In this document: piece by piece, positions 28,083-42,019 of the stretch
How positions within the stretch are numbered: position 1 is the first letter of the stretch
How the letters are laid out: each line of letters starts with the position of its first letter
NCBI GenBank assembly: GCA_002245135.1
Contig: NGBS01000005.1
Coordinates: 62,001-126,000 of the forward strand
Origin: Proteromonas lacertae
Taxonomy: Eukaryota
DNA length: 64,000 nt
Direction of reading: 5' to 3'
Position numbers and translations under genes: made by a program
Notes under the pieces: generated by a model
What the model was told of the DNA's origin: nothing
Databases searched by the model: none
Seen by the model: only the letters and a program-made list of their open reading frames with translations

Positions 28083-28211
28083 TTATATAAATTTTTATGT
28101 ATTTTCTTATTTTGTCAATATACTATTTTGTATATATTATAATTAAATCATAAATCAATAAAACAAAATTTAAAAATATAGAAACGAACATAATTCAAAT
28201 AATTTGGAACA

Positions 28212-28629
28212 ATGATTTACTTATATACATTGCTATGTTCTATTTTAATGTTGAATTCTGTATATTCATACAATATAAAAGTTCCACACAAGGTGATAAT
28301 AATAGGAGACTCAAATGTGATGAAAATGGTTCCTAACTTCTATATATTGGTAATATTAAAGTTTAAAGTTCCAAATTTCAGTATGGCTGTATGGAATCCA
28401 TCTTTATATGAAGAATACCAAAAATACAAAATTCCAGTTGAATATTCACCGGTATTGGTAGATGACTCAGTAGGATGTGATAACGCATACTCCAAATGTT
28501 TTAACAAAGTGAATATAAGGTTAAATATTGTATTATATTATTCGCTTATATTATAAGTATCTTAAAAGAACGGATTATAGACAATGGAATACATTTATGG
28601 ATGAGAATTATGTAATGGAATTACCATAA
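28212..28629 (+). CDS. Small secreted hypothetical protein
   Basis: N-terminal signal peptide. A 28-nt GT-AG intron gives the final exon YLKRTDYRQW...ELP*. Confidence 0.55.
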
Positions 28630-28934
28630 TTTAAGTATATATATATTAATTTAAGATTGTTTTTTAAATGTTTATTTTCTGAAAATAGATAAAAGAGTTA
28701 TACTTTTATCAATCAATAATTTCATAATAGGAGTAAATAAACACATTTCAACACAATTTAGTCTCTTGTAATTAAAACTTTGTTTATAACTTCTATATTG
28801 TATAAAAATATATAATTTAATATTTGATTTACAAAAGATAATCTATATAAGTCAATCATAGTTCCAATTATAATTAAATTATAAGCGTTTCTCAAATTAT
28901 ATCCGTTGCACTTTTTATTTTTTTTAATTGTTGA

Positions 28935-31466
28935 ATGGCTGAGCCTATCTATCCATGTATATTTTCTGCAGGATTTAAAGCTGTTGTTGGAACATATGTG
29001 TATCATTAATTTTATTTAATAAGGTTAGAGTAAACAACTCTTGTGAATATCCATACTATGAACATAAAGATGGAACAGGAATTATAATATCTCAAATAGA
29101 AACAGGTACTAATGGAACAAGCGATCCAAATGGTGATATTTATAATAGTAGTTATCAGTGGGCTGTTTCTGATTTAAAAGGTCAAATATATTATTATAAT
29201 GATTCAGAAAATCAAAGTGATCAAGTTCCACCCTGTGAAGGTTGGAAGAATGGTGAAGAGTGGTGTAATCCACCACCAATACTAGAAATCAGAGTATATT
29301 TCATTATTATAATCATTTAAAAAATAGAATAAATTGCCAAATAGTTCAGAATTCTCGAAACCAAGATTAACTGAAGAAGAAGAAGATGAAGAAGAAGCTG
29401 ATGATGATGGAGAATATGATGATGATGATGATTTAGATATAACTATGCCACCAGGTTCATTTATACCAGGTGTAGTATTCATGGCTCCTCCAAAACCAAA
29501 ACCAAAACCAAAAGCTGTTATGACTCTTAAACCTCCAACAGATGATGATGATGATGTAAATATTCCAAAGTTACCAATGGTTTCTGGTCCAGGATCTTCC
29601 ATTGTTGCTGAAAAAGAAGGAGAATACGAAGATAATGGGAATAATAATGATGATGAAAATGGTGATGATAATGATGATGATAATAAAGATGATAAAAAAG
29701 AAGAGATTAAATATGAATGTAAATTTGCTGATCCAAAATTTTGGGAGAAAAATTTGTACCTTATTTGTTCAAACAATAATTCAAATGATTTAGATTTATG
29801 TCTAATGAACAAATGTCCAATTAATTATATAATGAAAGATCATGATAATGAAACACCATTATTAATTGGTTGTAGATTAGGTTTAGTTGATATTGTGGCT
29901 ACTTGTTTGGATAAAAATGCTGATTTACAGCCAATATTAAATGGAAAATGCGCTTTATTAGTATATTATTATTAATATTTTTAAAATAATGTGAAATAGA
30001 ATGCAGTTGAAGGTGGACATACAAAAATTGTTGAAATGTTATATGAAAGCGGAAGAAATACCAATTTATACACAAATTTAAAAAACAAAAAAGGTGAATC
30101 AGCACTTCATATATGTGCAAAAAACAATTACTATGACATATGCAAGATGTTATTAGAGCACAATGCAGTGATAGAGAATTATAATGATAAATTACAAACT
30201 CCATTACATTATGCATGTATTTATGGTAACTACAAGATTGCCTATATGTTACTATCTCGATGTAATTCAAATTCATCAAAATGTAATATAAATATTCAAG
30301 ATAAATATGGTCATACCCCTTTACATTACATTTGTTATTTAGACGATCCAATATTATATATATTATTCGTTACACATGAGAAAGTTGATTTAACCATTAG
30401 AGATAAAGAAGGAAGAACTCCCATAGATGTTGTTGGAGATGCTAATTCGAGATATATTGAAAGATTAATTCATCCATTTCCACCAACTAATGATGATATT
30501 GCTTCGGAAAGTATAGAATTATGATATATATATATATATTAAAATAGCTGAAAATTTAAATGGAGTTTTGAAATGGAAAATGTATAGAACAGAAGAGTAT
30601 TCAGAACCTCCATTTCAATTTGCCTTACCAGGTAGTGAAGATAGTGAAATTTCATTGTATGAAACATATTGGTTAGATAAGACAAAACCACAATTTGTTA
30701 ATGTAATGACAGGAGATTCATTGAGCACTGATCCAAGAGGTGATATATTTTATTGTTCAAATAGAATAATTAACAACCAATATTATCGTCAAGCTCTTAA
30801 TATATTCAAAGATAATACTGAAATGAATGAGATCTTATCTGAATTAGCAAGTATTGATTTTGTTATTTATATTTTTTTTGAATAGAATCTGAAGATACAG
30901 ATGCAACTCAATTAATCAAGAATTTAAATACAGAGTTACAAAATAAAGAAGCATTAATTAACAATTATTTCATACAGATCGAAAAACTTGAAGATTCAAA
31001 ACCATTAGAAAGTAGTCTCGAAAAATTAACAGAATTGAGAGTACAGATTGAAGATTTAAAAGCACAATTTAGAGAAGAGCATTCTAAAGTCATTCAAAGA
31101 GAGAAAAGGTTGAAAGATTTAGGAAATGATCTTGATACTGTGAAAGAACAATTACAACAAAATCAAAAAGTAATTAAAAATGCATATGAAGCGAAAATTA
31201 AAGATTTGAATAATAAATTAAACGGCCAAATAACAGTTGGTTTTTCAAATGAAGAATATGAAAAGAGAATAAGTGATATTGACAATGAAGTAAAGGAATT
31301 ACAAACTCTATTAGATGATAATATTAAAAAGAATTCAGATCCCAGAGTTCCTAGATTGAAACAAGAACAAGAAATGCTAAGAAATAGAGTTGAAGAATTG
31401 AAACTTGAAGTACAAGCAAAGCAAAAGCAAATTGCCAAATACCATCGTGCTGCTGATAGAAAGTAA
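28935..31466 (+). CDS. Ankyrin-repeat protein with N-terminal uncharacterised domain, acidic linker and C-terminal coiled coil
   Basis: Ankyrin motifs ETPLLIG, ESALHIC, QTPLHYA, HTPLHYI, RTPIDV. Five short introns give a continuous frame from ATG 28935. Confidence 0.85.
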
Positions 31467-31769
31467 CACAAAATTACATAATTAACTTCATAATTTCTTA
31501 TTTTCATATTTCAATATGTATTAATGCAAAGAGTCACCCAATACAAAGATATAAACACAAAATCTGCTTTTACTTTACTTTGCACTTATGAAAAGGTTTT
31601 AAAATATAAGTGGTTTATCAAAAATTCTGTAACGAAAAAATCATCAAATTTCTTTTATATTGGCTAGTGGTGACTATATTTTATCAATATAAATATACTG
31701 TTTAATATATATTATTATTATATAAGCATTTGAGTTTATAATTCATCATATACATAGTAATAATCATTC

Positions 31770-32942
31770 ATGGGTTGTGGGGCAAGTACAGAAAAAATAG
31801 TAGATCCTTTTCATGTGAATCTGACGCATTTCACAATTGAAAGGGTAATTGGTCAAGGTGGTTTTGGTAAAGTAAATGCTTGTATACACAAACCAACGTA
31901 TTATATCTGAATTGTATTATATTCTAGGAGTAAATGGTATGCAATAAAAACCTTGGAAAAACAAACCGTTATAAAAACACAAAATGCCGATATGATCATG
32001 AATGAAAGGAATTTGTTGATGTGTGTCAATAGTCCTTTCCTTGTTAATATGTTTTATTCATTTCAAGATGATGATAACTGTTATATGGTTATGGATCTCT
32101 GTTTAGGTGGAGATTTAAGGTATCAATTAAAACATTCTCCAGATAAACACTTTTCAAATGATCAAGCTAGGTTTTACATAGCTTGTCTGTTAATAGCTTT
32201 AGAATATTTACATAATAACAATATAATTCATAGAGATATAAAGCCAGATAATATGTTATTAGATGCAAATGGTTATATTCGTTTAACCGATTTTGGTATA
32301 TCACAGAAATTGAAAGAAGATGGTTATTGTTATGCTGGTAGTGGTACTAGAGCCTATATGGCTGGCGAAGTATTAAGAAAAGGTCATAGACATAACCGTA
32401 CTTCTGAGTTTTTTTCAGTTGGTGTTGTCGCATATGAATTTCTAAGTGGTAAATGGCCTTACTCGTTTAATGGTCCAACTGGTGCAACAACACAACAAAA
32501 TTTAGATCCAGTAGAAGCAGCCAATAAAATTAGTCATATTATATCACCTGAAGCATTCGATTTTTTAGTTAAAACTTTAGAACCAAATTATCATAAGAGA
32601 TTAGGACATAAACACGGAATTCAGGAGTTAATAGAACATAGTTGGTTTAAAGATTTTGATTGGGAGAATTTCAGACAGAAAGATGAGAGATTAGCACCAT
32701 TTAAACCTGATATAAATAAAGCTAATTGTGATACTGGTCCAAATGATTTGAAAGAAGTTTTTTCAGGTGAAGAAAAATCAAAACCGAAATTATCACCAGA
32801 ACATCAAGCATTATTTGCCAATTATAATTTTAATACTGAAGTTGATGTAGATGCTGATGGTAATCCAGTTTATAAGGCAGGTGCGACTGCTGGAGATGAT
32901 TTAGATGATAGAATAAAAGGTACTGTAACTGTCCATCATTAG
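31770..32942 (+). CDS. AGC-group Ser/Thr kinase, YANK/STK32-like, N-terminal MGCGAS acylation motif
   Basis: GQGGFGKV, YAIK, 'MDLCLGGDLRY', HRDIKPDN, DFG, 'SGTRAYMAGE', 'PFKPDINKANCD'. One intron. Confidence 0.9.
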
Positions 32943-33139
32943 TGAAAGTAATTAATGTTATTTGTTTAGTTTTAATTCTGTTTTTATGAGTTTTTTATTT
33001 TATGAAACGAATATAATTTATGAAACACCTATAATTGCATTAAAAATTTGAACATTGATTTACTTACATTCACTGTTTTATTTTGTTTTGATGTTAAATC
33101 TAGTACATATAACAATAATAATTTCTTTTCATTTATTAC

Positions 33140-34411
33140 TCAGTTTAAATTATCTAATAAATTTTCTTTATTGTTTTTATTTTCTTCTTTTCTTTCTAAA
33201 TATACCATATAATGTAAAAAGAAAGTCAATAACAAGGCTATAGCACAAAATGACATTGAAATCATATAAGCATATTGATTTCCAAATGAATCATTGATTA
33301 TTCCAAGAACTGAATTTACGGATAGTATCATTACTCCTTGACCTGGTAATATACATCCTGTTGCTGTTTCTGCATTGCCTTTATATACTTCGATTATTAT
33401 ACCAATTACACAAGGCCAAAATGTTGAAACAAAATATCCACAACAAGCCAGAAAGTATAATCCTGTTGTTCCTTCTGTATAACTAAATCCTATTAATGAT
33501 AAAATACAAACCATTGTTCCAATAAACTCTAACATAGGGAAGAAACCAACTCTGTCAGTTATAAACCCATTTATTAATCTTGAAATTGTATATATCATAA
33601 AGAAGTATGTCAAATAATTATTACCAGTTTTTGAATCTACATGAAGATATTCAGTTGCATATAAATATCCCCAAGCAAGTGTAGACTTTTCACAAAGAGT
33701 AAATAAACCTAATATAATTGTTAATAACCATGCTCTTGATGAAAAGAATACTTCTTTAGATGTGAGTGTCTTGTCAATTGTTTTTATTTCTTCTGATGGT
33801 TTTGCATTTTCTGGTTTTCTTTCATAACCGGTATCTTTGTCATATGGTATCATTAATGATATAATAAATGATATACCAATTGGAATAAGTATAATTAAAC
33901 TGTATTCTTTATAACACCATGACTTTTGTGTAGTTTGTAATAACTGAATAAATGGAGGACCTGCTAAAGTACCAACTCCATAAAGGCAATTAGATACTGA
34001 TAACATCACTGCAACATATTTTATATATATCGTACTGCCTAGAGAATTTGCAGATAAATCAATAAATGCAAAACCCATAGAAATAATACAATAACTTATT
34101 ACAATAAGAGGAGGTGCATTCATGAAATAAAATCCAAGGTATCCAAGAATGTAACACGTATATGCAAAGAAATATGAATACTTATATCCTAACATTTTAA
34201 TAACAACAGCAGTGACAAATGAAAATGAAATACCAAATACGTTGAACAATGTGAGCATGAGACTGTAAAAAGTGTAGCTAAAACCGTGATAATTTTTAAT
34301 CAATGGTAAAATAACACCATTTGATCCATCCATCATACCTTCAAGAAACAAACCAAGGAAACTACCAACATATTTTGAAAGAAATATTGCTTTATTAGCT
34401 GTAATTTTCAT
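33140..34411 (-). CDS. MFS transporter (FucP-like), intronless
   Basis: About 12 hydrophobic segments, 'D.SAN', 'YGVGTLAGP', 'SRLINGFITDRVG'. Likely start is MKITANK at 34411. Confidence 0.85.
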   Translation of the reverse strand: MKITANKAIFLSKYVGSFLGLFLEGMMDGSNGVILPLIKNYHGFSYTFYSLMLTLFNVFGISFSFVTAVVIKMLGYKYSYFFAYTCYILGYLGFYFMNAPPLIVISYCIISMGFAFIDLSANSLGSTIYIKYVAVMLSVSNCLYGVGTLAGPPFIQLLQTTQKSWCYKEYSLIILIPIGISFIISLMIPYDKDTGYERKPENAKPSEEIKTIDKTLTSKEVFFSSRAWLLTIILGLFTLCEKSTLAWGYLYATEYLHVDSKTGNNYLTYFFMIYTISRLINGFITDRVGFFPMLEFIGTMVCILSLIGFSYTEGTTGLYFLACCGYFVSTFWPCVIGIIIEVYKGNAETATGCILPGQGVMILSVNSVLGIINDSFGNQYAYMISMSFCAIALLLTFFLHYMVYLERKEENKNNKENLLDNLN

Positions 34412-34491
34412 TTTAAAAAATGAAACACAGTTTACTCGAGTCAAACTTATTTTAACAAAAACACAAAAAAAGATATAAATGTATATATACA

Positions 34492-35794
34492 TCAAAATAA
34501 ATAGAAAGATATTAAATTATAAACTATTTTAAATAAAGAGGTAAATATTGATTCAATTGTAACAATATCATCATCTTCTCCGCTATCTCCACCTCCACCA
34601 CCACTTGCTTTAAATGCATCACCTGCAGCTAGAGCAATAGCAATACCAGCTGAAGCACTTATCAGAATAGTAGTTGAAACAACACCTACAAATATTAATC
34701 TACCTCTTCTTCGTTTAGCAATTTGTTTTTCTAAATAATCATTGGCTCTTCTAAGGGTAATTAATGAATCATTTATTTCATATTCTACATGATTTAATAC
34801 TTCTTTCTGTTTTTGTGTATATTCTGCTATTTGTTGGAATAATGAATAGATTTCGGTTATATTCTTTAATAATAACTTCGAATCCTAATTATTAATATAA
34901 TAATAATAATAATACTTCATATTCATTATTAATTCTATTATAAACAGATAGTAAATAATTATTTCCATTATTATCTTTCATTTGTCGAATATTACTGTAA
35001 AAATTCCATAATTCTTCATTTTCATATATCTATTTAAAAAAGAACAATAAAAAAGAATTATTTTTATAATATTTATACTCTTTCCATATCATGAAAAGAT
35101 AATGTAGGATCAATATATAATAAATATTTATTAATTCTACTTCTCATTCTGTTATGTAACAATATTTGACTTCTGAAATAATATTCTGCAGCTTCATTAA
35201 ATCGATGTTGGAGATATTCTGATAAATGAATTCTTTGCCTTAGAAAAGCTGATGATTGAAATACTCTTTTTCTTAATATATTTGTGGATTCATCTATTTC
35301 ATTCATTCTAGACTATTCATATATAACATAATTAATAGATTTCTATACTTTTACATATCTTAATTTTGGATCTGTGTTTTCTACCATTAATTGAAGTTTT
35401 AAAACATATAATGAGTCAAGTGGCGCATTGATTGATAATACTCCTGTTTCAGGAAATATTATTTCTTCTTCTACACACAATTCTTCTTCCATTGAATATA
35501 TTGCTATTGAAGTTTCACTTGCATATTAGTATTCTTAATAAGTGTACAGTATTTCATCAATAACATATCTTATTTCTTGAACTTCAAGATAGAATCTAGT
35601 AAATTCAGTGTATATTTCTTCTTTGTATTCACTATCATATTAAATATAATTATATTAATATTATACTCTACTTTATATAAACTTCTTTCTTTGTTTGGAT
35701 CTGATTCTGGCCTTTCATGATTAGATGTTTGTTGAATTATTTGCTCCATATAATCAGCTAAATCTTGACGTCTGAATTTTCGGTTATAGTCCAT
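34492..35794 (-). CDS. Syntaxin-like Q-SNARE (divergent)
   Basis: Last exon encodes the SNARE helix 'ITEIYSLFQQIAEYTQKQKEVLNHVEYEI...ANDYL', a basic patch KRRRGR and a TM segment. Five introns. Confidence 0.7.
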
Positions 35795-35861
35795 TAGAAG
35801 ATGTGGGATTTAACGAAACAATCTATATAAAACGATCAAATTAATTTTAATTTTTGGAATT

Positions 35862-37517
35862 ATGTCTTTAGTGTGTTTTTATTCAAAAGCTGGAAATACA
35901 TTGCTAAATTTACCCCCAGATTTTGGTCTTCATACAGATAAAGATGTTGAATTTGATCTAGAGACACTAACAAAAGCAGATAATAAAACAAAGTTCGCTA
36001 GACACCAACTAAGAGATATAAGTTTAAAAAGAAACAAAGTTAGATCGTTATATTGGGGATTATTCTTATCAGCACTTGATGAAGATACTCCATTCGTTGA
36101 TAGTCTTCAAAACTCTAGAGAAAATTATGAAAATCTACTTACAAAATACAATATGATAAGTCAAGTATTAAATTTAAATCTATATTTTTGATATAGACAA
36201 ATACCAATTCTTCTGTTCCTTCTACAAACACAACAAACATCAATAAGTTATATAATGAACATAAAGAATTGGCAGAATTGATTCAAAAAGATATTGATAG
36301 ATTATTTCCAAAGGGAGCAACGGAATTCTTCGAAATTCCCAGGATCAGAAATATAATGAGAAATATCCTAATGATTTGGGCATTAGAAAATCCTGACTAT
36401 TCATACCAACAAGGAATGCATGAATTATTAGTTCCAATCATATATCTAAGAGAATCAGAATCAATCTATTCAATAGGTCATAATACTGATAGATATGAAA
36501 TTCACGAGATATTTAATCCAATATATTTAGAACATGATTGTTATTTATATTTCAAATGTTTAATGGAAAATATGAACATTATTTATAATTCTACAAAAAT
36601 AGATGATAAAAAAGATACAAAGAATAAAGTCAGTATGTTTGTATTATTATAATAAATAGATATTCCTCCTATTATGCAATTGTGTAATGATGTATCTGAT
36701 ATATTATCACATTATTCCCATGAAATTGTTCATATATTTAATCGTGAACACATTGATTTAAATACTATTGTATTTAGATGGAGTAGATTGTTATTTGTGA
36801 GAGATTTTGAGATTGATAATGTTATTGTATTATGATATATTGTTTATTGTGTACTTATATAGGAATTGTGGGATTATATATTTGCAGAATTGAGTAAAGA
36901 CAAGTATACTTTAATTGAAATAATCAAAGGATTATGTGGTTCATTAGTATATATATATATATATATATTCTTTAATTTATTTTAATAAAATAATTAGATA
37001 TTATCTGAACAACCAGTTCTTATTATATCATCTCATAATACAATCATGGAAATGTTTAATAAGTATATAATTATATTAATATAATAATAATAATAGTTAT
37101 CCATTAGATTTCCCATTTTCACAGATTATGTTACATTCAAAATATATTCTACAGAAAAAGACATTAGAATTTTTAGTTCATGTTTTAGTCAAGCCAACTT
37201 CTAATAGTAATACAACAACAGCTGATTCTCATCCACCACCTCATTTACCAGCAGTAGGAACAACTCAAACTAATAGCGAATCAATATTACCTAAACCAAA
37301 AGAAATAGAAAATGAAGATTTTAAGAAAAAGAAATTTGCAAATAAAGAGTTAGCAAAACAACTAAAAAGCATTAGAGAAGAATTGTATAAGAAAGTGAAT
37401 GAGGTATTGATAAAATTACCTGAAAATCTACGTAATGATGAAGTTGATGTTAGTATTGATGAAGATTTTGAGAAAATTAAAGTGATAGAGAATAAGCTAT
37501 TAGAATCTGATGAATAA
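35862..37517 (+). CDS. TBC-domain Rab GTPase-activating protein (TBC1D5-like)
   Basis: 'RSLYW..FL', 'IQKDIDRLFP', 'YQQGMHELL', 'RWSRLLFVRDF', 'LWDYIF'. Confidence 0.9.
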
Positions 37518-37618
37518 TGGTGTATATTAGTTCTGTTATAATAAATGCTATAAGTTTTTAGTAAAAGTACGAACATAATTAGAAATATCAAAATTAATTT
37601 TAAAGAACATATAAACAT

Positions 37619-38111
37619 CTATGAAAATTGTGTTTGAAATTTTCTTCTTTGTTGAGCGGATTTGTCTAAAACAGATTTCAACTTTTCTGTTACATTGTGA
37701 TTAATATTTGTCTGATCGTTAGTACTAACACTTTCTGATACTTGAGAATGATTACTTCTACTTGAATATAATGGTTGTAATAGAGGTGGACCCTGTGGTT
37801 GTGGTGTAGCTTGGACATTTGCTACTAATGCATCAGACAGTGTATAAGGTGTTGATTGTATCATTCCATTTGGTCCGATAGTATTAATAACATACTGAAA
37901 TTGATTAGGATGAATAGGTATTGTTTTTAAATCATTATTAGTTGAAGTTGGAACAAGAGGAGGTAAAGGAGGTGATATAGTTGGAATTAGATTAGATACA
38001 GGTAATTGTGATGGTTGTGTTGATGGATATAATGATTGAATATTCATATTAGTTACTGGAGTGATTGAATGGATCTGTGGTTTCTGATAGCATGGTATGA
38101 AACTCTGATTC

Positions 38112-38145
<34 letters not shown>

Positions 38146-39649
38146 GAAATTGTTGTGGTAATAATGAGTAGTAGTTTGGTTGTAATGAATAAAGAGATGA
38201 TGATATATTGTTTCTGTTACTCATTATTGGTTGTGCATCAAATATTCTTGGAGATGAAACTGGAATTCCACTAATCACAACTGGTGGCAATGATGTAACA
38301 GGTGTTGGCTGTGGTTGAGATTGATTCTGTTGTTGTTCTTGTGGTTTTTGTCCTTCTTTTGGCTTCTCAGCTGGTGGAGTTGGTGCAGGAGGTTGTAATG
38401 TTTGAACTATTTGTTGCTGTTGTTGTTCATTTGGTCTAACATTAGATAATGGAGGTGAGATAGTTGTAGATATTGTATGCGCAGTTATTGGATTAATATA
38501 TGGTGTATTATCAGGTAATGGTATTCCATTAGTTACTAGTGGTTGTGATCTGATAGATGTTGCTAATATAACTGATGGATTTGTTGTGCCAGCTTGATAT
38601 ATTGGTATATTACCTAATGAACCAATCATATTATTATTGCTATTATTATTATTTGTGTTATTGATTACTTTACTTTCACCATAGACAGGTAAAACAGATG
38701 GAAATAATTGAGTAGGAGGTGATGATGATGATATATAAGGATTATATGGTGGTAATTGTTGTAATTGTTGTTGTTGTTGCTGTTGTTGCTGCTGTTGGTT
38801 ATAATTAAGCTGTGGTGGATATAATTGTGGTTGTAATGATGGCGTATTGTGATTTAATAGATTCAATGGAGGTGATGAATATGATATTTGATTCATTGGT
38901 TTGATTGGTTTTAACTTTGTTTTTGTTTCATCATCACTATCACTTAATTCTCTCTCAATATTTAATTCATTTAGTATTTCTGCATTATTAGGTTTCTACA
39001 TAAATATAAATATATAAATATATAAATACATCAGTTTTTATTCTATCATTCTCTTCTTTCAATTGTTCTATCAATTTATCGATCTCTTTTATATTACTTC
39101 CATCAAATGATTGATTCGATGGATCAATATTTGGTGGATATAAATATGAATTATTATTATTATTATTATTATTAGATGGTAATGGTATAGATTGTTGAAT
39201 CATAGGTGGATTTATATTAGAAGATGATAATCGTAATGGCGAAGATGATGTTTGTATGATTGGCATATTTGCTTCAATTGATTTTCTCATTGCTAATATA
39301 CCATCAGGTGGTTGAATATTATTATTAGATCCAAGTAACAATGGTTGTGATAATATAGGTAATTCATTATTATTGTCTAATTCATGTAAAGTAGGTGGAT
39401 CTATTGTTGTTGTTGTTGTTGTTGTTGTTGTATTAGTAGTTTGTAATACAGATGGTATCATTTCCTGTTTAATCATCTTCTTTTTAAAAGGTAACATTAC
39501 TACATCCAAATCTTCTATTATTTGTGAAGAAGTAGTTTTCATATCCTTTTTGTTATTATCATTATATTTACTCTCCTGTATATTATTATATTCATATTCA
39601 AATTGAGGCGGTGGAGACATTGTGACAGGTAAACCATCTGGTGGATATA

Positions 39650-39680
<31 letters not shown>

Positions 39681-40322
39681 TGTATTATTTGGTATTATTG
39701 GGTTTGATATTTCATTTATACTATCATCTAATTCAGCTAATAATTTTTGTTTAAATTCTTCTTGTAGTGGACTGTAATCTGGTGGAGGTGGTACTGATGA
39801 TTTAGTAATTCCAAAATGAATAGGATTTAACGTATTTGATGGAATTGGAGATGATGGAGTAAATCTATATGAAGATGGTGGAATTATATTATTATTTGAT
39901 AATCCAAACTCATCACGACTAATAGGATTATCATATGAAGGATGTGGATTATCCTGCATATAACTAGGAACATTCAAATTTACACTAGAATTGAAATTGT
40001 CATGTTGTCCTAAATAGTCATTTAAAGGTTCGATAGGTTTAAACTCAAAATTATATAAACTTGATGCACTATTATTAAGATAAGAATCTAATGGATTCTG
40101 TTTCTTTGATTGATTTAATGAAGATCTATTCAAAATGTCATTCGATGGATCAGATATAGTAGAATAGTCGTTTACATCTTTCTTCATATAGTATGGTTCT
40201 TCAATCGTTGGTCTTTCATCTCTATGAATATAAACACTTAACTAATACCTTGGTCTTGGAGACCCATGTCTAAATTGATCAATTCTTTCTTTAATATAAC
40301 TACTACTTGTTGTGTTATTCAT
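37619..40322 (-). CDS. Low-complexity P/Q/N/S-rich protein with N-terminal FRxxxPxxRxER motif
   Basis: Three exons from ATG 40322 with polyQ, polyN and polyT tracts. Confidence 0.75.
38112..38146. repeat. (CAA)n coding trinucleotide repeat (polyQ)
   Basis: TGT/TTG run on the + strand. Many other CAA and AAT coding runs occur (e.g. 2585-2610, 5341-5366, 55878-55904). Confidence 0.9.
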
Positions 40323-40397
40323 TTTAAAATTTAAATTTGAGATAAATGAAATACTATCCGTTTTGTTTCGTCAAATCTCAAACCTATTTGTTTCGTT

Positions 40398-41908
40398 ATG
40401 AATTCTCAAATAACGGACTCAAATGCTGAAGCTCTAAATGAAATGGGGAAGCAAGTACAGGAGATAATGCAGACCCCTCCTGGCAAAAGATCACCAGAAG
40501 ATTGCTTGATAATAGTCAAATGGTTAACAAGGACTGAAAGAGAGCATAGTCCTGATGATAGAAGATGCTTTACATTAGCTCCATTGAAAGTTCTATTGGA
40601 ATTGGCTCAACAAATTACAATTAATGCTTATGAAGCTGGAGAAGTAATATTTCTTCAGAAAGAAGCTGGTGTCACTTATTTTGTTGTAGTTAATGGATGT
40701 GTAGATATTTACGATGTGGATATACCAAGACAAATACCAGAGGATTTAAACCAAGATTACATGGATATAAAATTTCAAGCAGAACTTAATGGAGAGAAAA
40801 AAATGCCAGAAAAGAATCCAGATGCTCCTTGTAGAGTAATTGGCAATTTAGTCCAGAAGGGTAAGTACTTAGCATCAGTTACAGCAGGATGTTCGTTAGG
40901 AGATATTGCCTTATCTTCTAATGAAGGTGCAAGAACTGCTTCAGCAGTAGCAGTTCAACAAACTCATTTAATTGCTATACACAAAACTATATTTGATCCA
41001 CTACTAAGGAAATACAGTTTATTAAATAAAGAGTTTGAAAAAAGAATGGAATTCTGCTCTCATATCGATATTTTGTCAGATTGGGGAAGAGATCGTTTAT
41101 GTCATATAGCCTATTGGTTAGAAGAAGCAGAATATCCTAAAGGATCGTATATAATCAGTCAAAGTAGACCAACAGCTCCAGATCAACTTAATTTTGTAAA
41201 AGAAGGGGAAGTTGAAGTTGTCTGTAGATTAGGGTTAAAAACAATTGAATTAGCTATAAGAGGTACTGCCAATATAATAGGTGAAGGATATGTGTTGAAT
41301 GAGAAATCTGTCAATTTTTCAGTTATTGCAAAATCTGATGTAAAAACTTACTGCTTAAAAGAAGCACATATAAAACAATTTTTAAAAATATGTAAAGGAA
41401 CCAATACAATCCCTAAATTACATAAATTATTCACAGATCGTGAAGCATTTCGACAAGCCAGAATTAATCACTTTACACAACATGCTGATTTAGTAGATAA
41501 TCTATTACATCCGTCTCCAGTGAAACCAAAACGACCAACTCGATTATCTCCAATTAGACATCCTTCTTTGTCTCCAACACAGAAAATAATGAATGTATAT
41601 ATTATATATTGCTATCATTATTTATATAGAATTCATTGTTTGATATCCCATCACCTACAAAAGAAGGATCTTATTGGAAGAATGCTATCTCTCCATCTGT
41701 TAGGATATATGCTAGTCCAAGTGTAAAGAAACTATTGCCACAAAAAGTTCCAACCAAAAATCTATTCAAAAGGCCAATGACTACTCCGTTGAAGATTAAG
41801 CAGAAAGATCCATATGAAACAATTCATGAAGACTTGATTAATACACTCACTCCTCAAGGATCTCAACAATTGTTTAAGACAAGAGTGAATGCAAGAAGAT
41901 GGACCTAA
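40398..41908 (+). CDS. Tandem cyclic-nucleotide-binding domain protein
   Basis: First domain 'GEVIFLQ..G..YFVVVNGCVDI', 'GCSLGDIAL..RTASA'; second domain 'KGSYII..FVKEGEVEV..IIGE..FSVIA'. Confidence 0.85.
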
Positions 41909-42019
41909 TTTAAATAGTTAGTATAATAATATTAATTAGTGTTACTAGTGAATTATTTTATGTGTATTTTGAATGTTTATTAAATATATATTTTTTAAAA
42001 TCAAATAGTTTATTTACAT

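Noticed and set aside
32335..32370. Pseudokinase status from the APE-to-AGE change
   Set aside because: The Gly loop, catalytic Lys, HRD and DFG are intact, so a single substitution is not enough to call it inactive.
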